Below, in pieces: positions 1 through 3,471 of a DNA stretch of 3,471 bases (positions are counted from its first letter, which is position 1; each line of letters begins with the position of its first letter). The notes under the pieces are model-generated. The model did no database searches, was not told where the DNA came from, and saw only the letters and a list, made by a program, of their open reading frames with translations. Origin of the DNA: a virus (Duplodnaviria > Heunggongvirae > Uroviricota > Caudoviricetes). The stretch covers positions 1 through 3,471 of IMG/VR virus record IMGVR_UViG_2663763280_000007. One strand, given 5' to 3'. The translations under genes and the position numbers were made by a program.

Positions 1-324
1 GTGTTCGCACCGACCTGGCTTGGGTTATCGTTTTACGATAGCCGCACCACGTCGTTGTTGCATCCTGCTCGCCAGATCCAGCTTCCCAGCCTGCAACGCG
101 GTGAAGGTGAAGCGATGCTTACCGCCCTCACCCATCTTAGCCGTTCGCCGCTGGAGCAGAATATCTCCATTAGTCTGATTCAACTTAAATTGCAGGCCGG
201 GCGGAAGCTGATGCAGGCAGAGACCACCCGACTTAACACTGTGCTGGATTACATTGACGCGGTGACGGCAACAGATACCAGCACAGCGCCGGATGTCATC
301 TGGCCTGAACTGCCGGAGGCGTAG
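1..324 (+). CDS. Tail fiber assembly protein, alternative cassette copy; C-terminal 107 codons only, 5' end truncated by the window edge
   Basis: Open frame runs from the window start to a TAG stop at 322-324. Its C-terminus (LDYIDAVTATDTSTAPDVIWPELPEA) is paralogous to that of the minus-strand Tfa (LDYLDALELVDTSSVLDIEWPTPPAVQAR), sharing the pattern GR-L ... LDY-DA ... DTS ... D--WP--P. Convergent orientation against the other tfa gene fits the second cassette of an invertible fiber segment. The antisense ORF 25..333 has no comparable motif. Confidence 0.7.
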   Translation: MFAPTWLGLSFYDSRTTSLLHPARQIQLPSLQRGEGEAMLTALTHLSRSPLEQNISISLIQLKLQAGRKLMQAETTRLNTVLDYIDAVTATDTSTAPDVIWPELPEA

Positions 325-748
325 GCCATTCAATATCTAGCACACTGGAGGTATCAACCAGCTCCAGTGCGTCCAGGTAATCCAGCCACAAATTATATTG
401 CGCCAGTTCCTCGTCTTTCAGACGACCAATAGCGGCTTTACCGGGCCATTGTTTACTGTTCATGTATTCGTTGGCCTGGTTAATTAGTAGCTGTCTTTCT
501 GATTCAGTAATTTCAATAAGTTCTTCATGCGTGGGTGGAGGAATATCTGCCCACGCAGGCAGCCCATCTTCTCCGGCAATACGGATTTTTCCTTGTGGCG
601 GTTCAGCCATAAACTCACTGATAATATTTTGATTTACTTCCTTAGCGTCTGATAAATCCCATCCCTCTGATTTATATTTATCAATCATATCCACAGGGAA
701 AAAAGCATTATGCCTTGCGCTATAAACATATTCATTCATATAAATCAC
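296..748 (-). CDS. Tail fiber assembly protein (Tfa chaperone), 150 aa as drawn
   Basis: Lies immediately downstream of the tail fiber gene on the same strand, with the fiber stop at 760-762. The C-terminal WP-x-x-P motif and size are typical of Tfa/Mu U-type chaperones. The codon at 746-748 is GTG, not ATG; an in-frame ATG at 737-739 is preceded by AGGGTG (SD-like, about 5 nt spacing) and may be the true start, giving 147 aa. Stop is TGA at 296-298. Confidence 0.8.
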   Translation of the reverse strand: MIYMNEYVYSARHNAFFPVDMIDKYKSEGWDLSDAKEVNQNIISEFMAEPPQGKIRIAGEDGLPAWADIPPPTHEELIEITESERQLLINQANEYMNSKQWPGKAAIGRLKDEELAQYNLWLDYLDALELVDTSSVLDIEWPTPPAVQAR

Positions 749-759
749 CCTGAATAAAA

Positions 760-1422
760 TTACTCACCAACAGCCCACCAACTGTAATTCATCGATACCG
801 TGTCGCTGGTTGATGACGTTCTGTAAGCAGAATTAAAGCCGGTTAACGTTGGGCCTTCTGCAGTCATCACGAACCCTCGCCCAGCGCCTAAAGGCGCACC
901 GCCATCACCAGAATGAGTAAGCATGGCGCAGTCCGCTTTTTTGGGGAAAGGGATGCTGAATGTAATTCTCATTGTTTGCGTCGATAATGTCGGCGTAACC
1001 GCACCACGACCATATTGCAGGATTTTCCCGTTGGGTAATTTCATCCATCCATCACCACTGGCAAAAGAGGCCATGTCCGGTATCTGATTTTCCCCTGTCC
1101 CCACATCCCGTTTTGCCGCTTCTCCCAAACCAAGGTTTTCGAGAGCCGTTTTCACCGTGCCATCCGATTTGATATCACCAAACGGATTCTTGCGGCTTAA
1201 CAGCAGAGCACGAAGCGCGGTAAGCAACTGGTCATGCCGCCCCTTCTCCAGGCTGGCACCGGAGGTCTCCACAACGCTGCAAAGCTCCTCCTGCAACATG
1301 TCAAAGTAGTCATCATCCAGATCGGTGGCAGGCGTACCAGTCTGGGGGTTACCACGGGTAAAACCGTTCTTACCCGCGCCGAACTTATCCTTCTGCGCGG
1401 TTTTCGTATCTATACGATGCAT
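760..1422 (-). CDS. Short side tail fiber protein, 220 aa: about 92-aa N-terminal constant anchor fused at an LENLGLGE junction to an about 120-aa receptor-binding tip
   Basis: ATG at 1420-1422 is preceded by GGAG about 6 nt upstream, lying inside the end of the upstream gene. Residues 93-101 (ALENLGLGE) are encoded by the crossover-like palindrome at 1120-1145. The downstream motif ([19 protein letters not shown] ... [13 protein letters not shown]) resembles the distal tip regions I recall from phage side tail fibers. Position between a gp48-like gene and a tfa gene matches the canonical order. Confidence 0.85.
   Translation of the reverse strand: MHRIDTKTAQKDKFGAGKNGFTRGNPQTGTPATDLDDDYFDMLQEELCSVVETSGASLEKGRHDQLLTALRALLLSRKNPFGDIKSDGTVKTALENLGLGEAAKRDVGTGENQIPDMASFASGDGWMKLPNGKILQYGRGAVTPTLSTQTMRITFSIPFPKKADCAMLTHSGDGGAPLGAGRGFVMTAEGPTLTGFNSAYRTSSTSDTVSMNYSWWAVGE
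1120..1145. other. Putative crossover site for a Din-family serine invertase (hix/gix/cix/pix-like), 26 bp
   Basis: Sequence TTCTCCCAAACC-AA-GGTTTTCGAGAG: two 12-bp half-sites in inverted orientation around a central AA dinucleotide (left TTCTCCCAAACC, reverse complement of right CTCTCGAAAACC; 9 of 12 match). This closely resembles the hixL/gix sites as I recall them (TTCTTGAAAACCAAGGTTTTTGATAA-like). It sits in frame within the tail fiber gene at the conserved LENLGLGE junction. Confidence 0.75.
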
Positions 1423-1425
1423 GGA

Positions 1426-2010
1426 TTACTCCGGATATTTAAAAATTACGTAGGTATGCGACGGGCAGAGTTTGTTAAGCACACACTCGACAACGGTGTC
1501 GCCCCAGATACTCAGTGCGGAATCACAGGGATCGCCACATGTCATCCAGGTGGTGTTGGTGGCGGCTGGCATGTTGACCTGCCAGTAATACCGCCATTCC
1601 GGCGCATTCACCGCGTCAGTACAGGCCGATGAGCAGGTGAACGTGCTTTTGTCGTATCGCGTGATGGTGGCGTCTGGTCTGCCCAGGGCAGCAAGCTGTG
1701 CAAGGTAAAAATCCTCATTGATGCCGCCCGCCAGGTTAACCTTCGCATCCAGTCGTTGCTGACGCTGGCGAAGGGTCTGTGTCCCTGCGGGAATACATTC
1801 ATCCGGCAGGCCGCACAGACGCTCCCAGCGATTTATCAGTTCGGTGGTGGTGCGCGGATCCAGCTCCCGCATCAGGGCATCCGCACGCTGATGAACACGG
1901 GTTAATGACGGTGCCGCACCGGCAATCGCCGGATCGCTGGCTGACCACGCCGGACCGGGCGGCAACAGTGCCGATAACAGGCGGATGTAATCATCGTTTG
2001 TCACGTCCAT
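1426..2010 (-). CDS. ymfQ: Mu gp48-like / YmfQ-family (DUF2313) phage tail protein, 194 aa; probable baseplate component analogous to P2 gpI
   Basis: ATG at 2008-2010 overlaps the upstream J-like gene by 10 bp (J stop TGA at 2001-2003). The N-terminus [24 protein letters not shown] and the 194-aa length match what I recall of enterobacterial YmfQ-type proteins. Position between the J-like and tail fiber genes is as in Mu (gp47-gp48-S). Stop TAA at 1426-1428, 3 nt before the fiber ATG. Confidence 0.85.
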   Translation of the reverse strand: MDVTNDDYIRLLSALLPPGPAWSASDPAIAGAAPSLTRVHQRADALMRELDPRTTTELINRWERLCGLPDECIPAGTQTLRQRQQRLDAKVNLAGGINEDFYLAQLAALGRPDATITRYDKSTFTCSSACTDAVNAPEWRYYWQVNMPAATNTTWMTCGDPCDSALSIWGDTVVECVLNKLCPSHTYVIFKYPE

Positions 2011-3059
2011 GAAATCGTCCCCAGTACCGCCAGTTCGTTTTTCGCAATGGAGATATTGTCCACCGGTGCAAGCAACTGATGGCTGTATTCCCCGTTCGCA
2101 CCGGAAATCGCTTCACTGATACGTGACACCTTCAGTTCTCCCTGCGGATAACCATCACGCAGCAGGAACGAACGCAACTCGGCGGTGATGGCAGCCCGTA
2201 TTTCCGGTGTGTCCGGCGTCACGCGGATATGAAAATCCACTTTATGCGCCACCGGCCTGAATACATACAAATCAGAGCCTGCCACCGGGGCCAGTGGCTC
2301 AATGTGTTGTCTTGCCGCCGTTTCCGTTGATTCTTCCGGAATGGGATTAATCAGGTCACTGCTGGCAATCATCACACCGACAGTCCCCGTTCCCATCCAG
2401 TGGCGGTATGTCCATGCACGGGTAATGCCGGGCACTTCTTTAGCCCAGACAACATAGTCCCCGTCAGCCCCGCCCTGAGGCGTCCAGTAATACCGCTCAA
2501 TGACGCGGGCGCGCCACGTTTCCAGCTCTTCAGTATCAAATCCACCTGTCAGAGTGTCTGCCACGCCGGAAGACGGCAGACCATTCACCGGCGTGACCAG
2601 GATTAATGCCGTACCGTCGTCAGCGTTACCGACCGCTCCTGCACTTGAGCAGGCGATCGGCACGCGCAGGACACCACCGGAGCTGGTTGCATCGGCAGTT
2701 GCCGTGTACTGAACCAGATCATCGCGCTGAATAACACTCCCGGCGGTCACCTTCAGGCCATCGCTGACACCTTCCCAGCGCATATACCCGCTGGCAGCCG
2801 TGGCCCCCTTGCGCGGACACCGTTTCATCGCAGCATGTCGCGCCAGCCAGGACTCATCGCACAGGTCAGGCAGCATGTTCATTGCCAGATAATCGATGTA
2901 ACCGTAAACCGTATGCAGCGCCGCCGCATACACCTTTGCCCGCACGTCTTCATCCATGCGCCGGAGCGTGTCGCTGACGTCCAGCCTGGCGAATAAATCG
3001 TTACGGAGCATACTGATATTTTCTGCCAGCGTCGGGCGCTGAAATTCACTGTCCGCCAT
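2001..3059 (-). CDS. Baseplate J-like protein (Mu gp47 / P2 gpJ family), 352 aa
   Basis: Long, GC-rich ORF with ATG at 3057-3059, overlapping the stop of the upstream gp46-like gene by 14 bp. Size and position (after the gp46-like gene, before the gp48-like gene) fit the baseplate wedge J family. Plus-strand ORFs 2400..2606 and 2500..2712 lie wholly inside it and are taken as antisense shadows. Confidence 0.85.
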   Translation of the reverse strand: MADSEFQRPTLAENISMLRNDLFARLDVSDTLRRMDEDVRAKVYAAALHTVYGYIDYLAMNMLPDLCDESWLARHAAMKRCPRKGATAASGYMRWEGVSDGLKVTAGSVIQRDDLVQYTATADATSSGGVLRVPIACSSAGAVGNADDGTALILVTPVNGLPSSGVADTLTGGFDTEELETWRARVIERYYWTPQGGADGDYVVWAKEVPGITRAWTYRHWMGTGTVGVMIASSDLINPIPEESTETAARQHIEPLAPVAGSDLYVFRPVAHKVDFHIRVTPDTPEIRAAITAELRSFLLRDGYPQGELKVSRISEAISGANGEYSHQLLAPVDNISIAKNELAVLGTISWT

Positions 3060-3471
3060 GCGTTATCGCACTCCACAGATCATCAAAAGAAATCATTACC
3101 GGTCCGTCACGACGCCAGAGAGTGATACTGTTACCCAGTTCATTAATCCCGGTGCGGCGGATATCCAGATCAATACGGGACACCACACCGTCATCAATCA
3201 TCCATTGCAGGCATTCGCGGATATACCCCCTTACCGTCTGCACCAGCTGATTGGTCAGTTTGCCGCGCTGAAGCAGCCACAGCCGGGAGCCGTAACGGTC
3301 ATTCTGTACCGCAGGCCAGGTATCCCCCCACCATCCCATCGGGACGTCGGCATTGTCATCAGGCTCCGCCCGCCGCCAGGTGAACAGGGAAATCACCACG
3401 GCGCGGGTCAGCGGATCCAGCGGTGCGCTGGCGCAGGTGCGTTTACCGTTCACCGTCAGCCACAGTTCCAT
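3046..3471 (-). CDS. Mu gp46-like small baseplate protein (Phage_GP46 family; functional analogue of P2 gpW), 141 aa
   Basis: Contains GWWGD ... GSRLW-L motifs that I associate with the GP46 family, and 141 aa is typical for it. ATG at 3469-3471 is the last codon of the window, so the upstream context and RBS cannot be seen and a longer N-terminus cannot be excluded. Stop TGA at 3046-3048. Confidence 0.75.
   Translation of the reverse strand: MELWLTVNGKRTCASAPLDPLTRAVVISLFTWRRAEPDDNADVPMGWWGDTWPAVQNDRYGSRLWLLQRGKLTNQLVQTVRGYIRECLQWMIDDGVVSRIDLDIRRTGINELGNSITLWRRDGPVMISFDDLWSAITHGGQ

Larger units (their letters stand above)
1..1132. other. Left portion of a putative invertible tail fiber segment (variable fiber tip, tfa, and convergent tfa'); far boundary lies outside the window
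   Basis: Inferred from the crossover site at 1120-1145 together with two convergent paralogous tfa genes, the architecture of the Mu G segment and the e14 P region. The second inverted crossover site and an alternative fiber tip exon should lie upstream of position 1; neither is visible here. Confidence 0.55.

Noticed and set aside
25-333. 102-aa minus-strand ORF overlapping the plus-strand tfa' fragment
   Set aside because: Antisense to a frame that carries a recognisable Tfa C-terminal motif, and its own translation is Arg/Cys-rich with no recognisable features. Treated as a shadow ORF.
296-333. Possible bidirectional terminator hairpin between the convergent tfa genes (TGGCCT at 301-306, AGGCCA at 323-328)
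   Set aside because: The inverted repeat is only 6 bp with a 16-nt spacer and no flanking T-run. It is fully explained by both strands encoding the same W-P dipeptide, so it is a coding coincidence rather than a terminator.
611-760. Possible plus-strand promoter in the AT-rich stretch (TTGATT ... TAAAT-like hexamers)
   Set aside because: AT-rich coding sequence produces such matches by chance. There is no plus-strand gene downstream in the right position, and the fit is weak.
1391-1410. Second GGTTTT-containing stretch (GCGCGGTTTTCGTATC) checked as a candidate partner crossover site
   Set aside because: It lacks the AAACC half-site and the dyad symmetry of the 1120-1145 site. No second crossover-like palindrome was found anywhere in the window.
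1234-1632. 132-aa plus-strand ORF spanning the fiber 5' end and gp48-like 3' end
   Set aside because: Lies antisense across two well-supported, translationally coupled minus-strand genes. Its composition is typical of a GC-rich antisense frame.
1608-2012. 64-aa minus-strand ORF (1608..1802) and 77-aa plus-strand ORF (1779..2012) inside the gp48-like gene
   Set aside because: Both are entirely nested in or antisense to the 194-aa gp48/YmfQ-like ORF, with no independent start context or motif.
2400-2712. 68-aa and 70-aa plus-strand ORFs inside the J-like gene
   Set aside because: Antisense to the 352-aa baseplate J-like ORF, in its most GC-rich region. Pro/Arg/Ala-rich translations are typical of shadow frames.
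2879-3076. 65-aa minus-strand ORF straddling the J-like start and gp46-like end
   Set aside because: An alternative frame of the same strand overlapping two better-supported genes, with a Cys/Arg-rich translation. Unlikely to be a real overlapping gene.
1-3471. CRISPR array, tRNA/rRNA genes, IS elements, or a diversity-generating retroelement targeting the fiber tip
   Set aside because: No direct repeat/spacer periodicity, no tRNA-like structures, no transposase or reverse transcriptase ORF, and no template/variable repeat pair visible on either strand.

Overview
The window reads as the distal end of a Mu-like/P2-like phage tail morphogenesis module, encoded almost entirely on the minus strand, with no rRNA, tRNA, CRISPR or IS element visible. 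In transcription order (high to low coordinates) it carries: a Mu gp46-like small baseplate protein (3471..3046), a baseplate J-like protein (3059..2001), a Mu gp48/YmfQ-like tail protein (2010..1426), a short tail fiber (1422..760) and a tail fiber assembly chaperone (748..296). A second tail fiber assembly gene lies on the plus strand (C-terminal part only, 1..324) and converges on the first with a 29-bp overlap. Inside the tail fiber gene, at 1120..1145, is a 26-bp imperfect palindrome (TTCTCCCAAACCAAGGTTTTCGAGAG) that matches the crossover sites of the Hin/Gin/Cin/Pin serine invertases as I remember them. It encodes the fiber motif LENLGLGE at the likely constant/variable junction. The most economical reading is therefore a known class of system, a DNA-inversion host-range switch of the Mu G-segment / e14 P-region type, rather than something undescribed. 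The invertase gene and the second crossover site are not in the window; if present they should lie upstream of position 1. All family assignments are from my reading of the translated ORFs (motifs, sizes, gene order), not from any database search.
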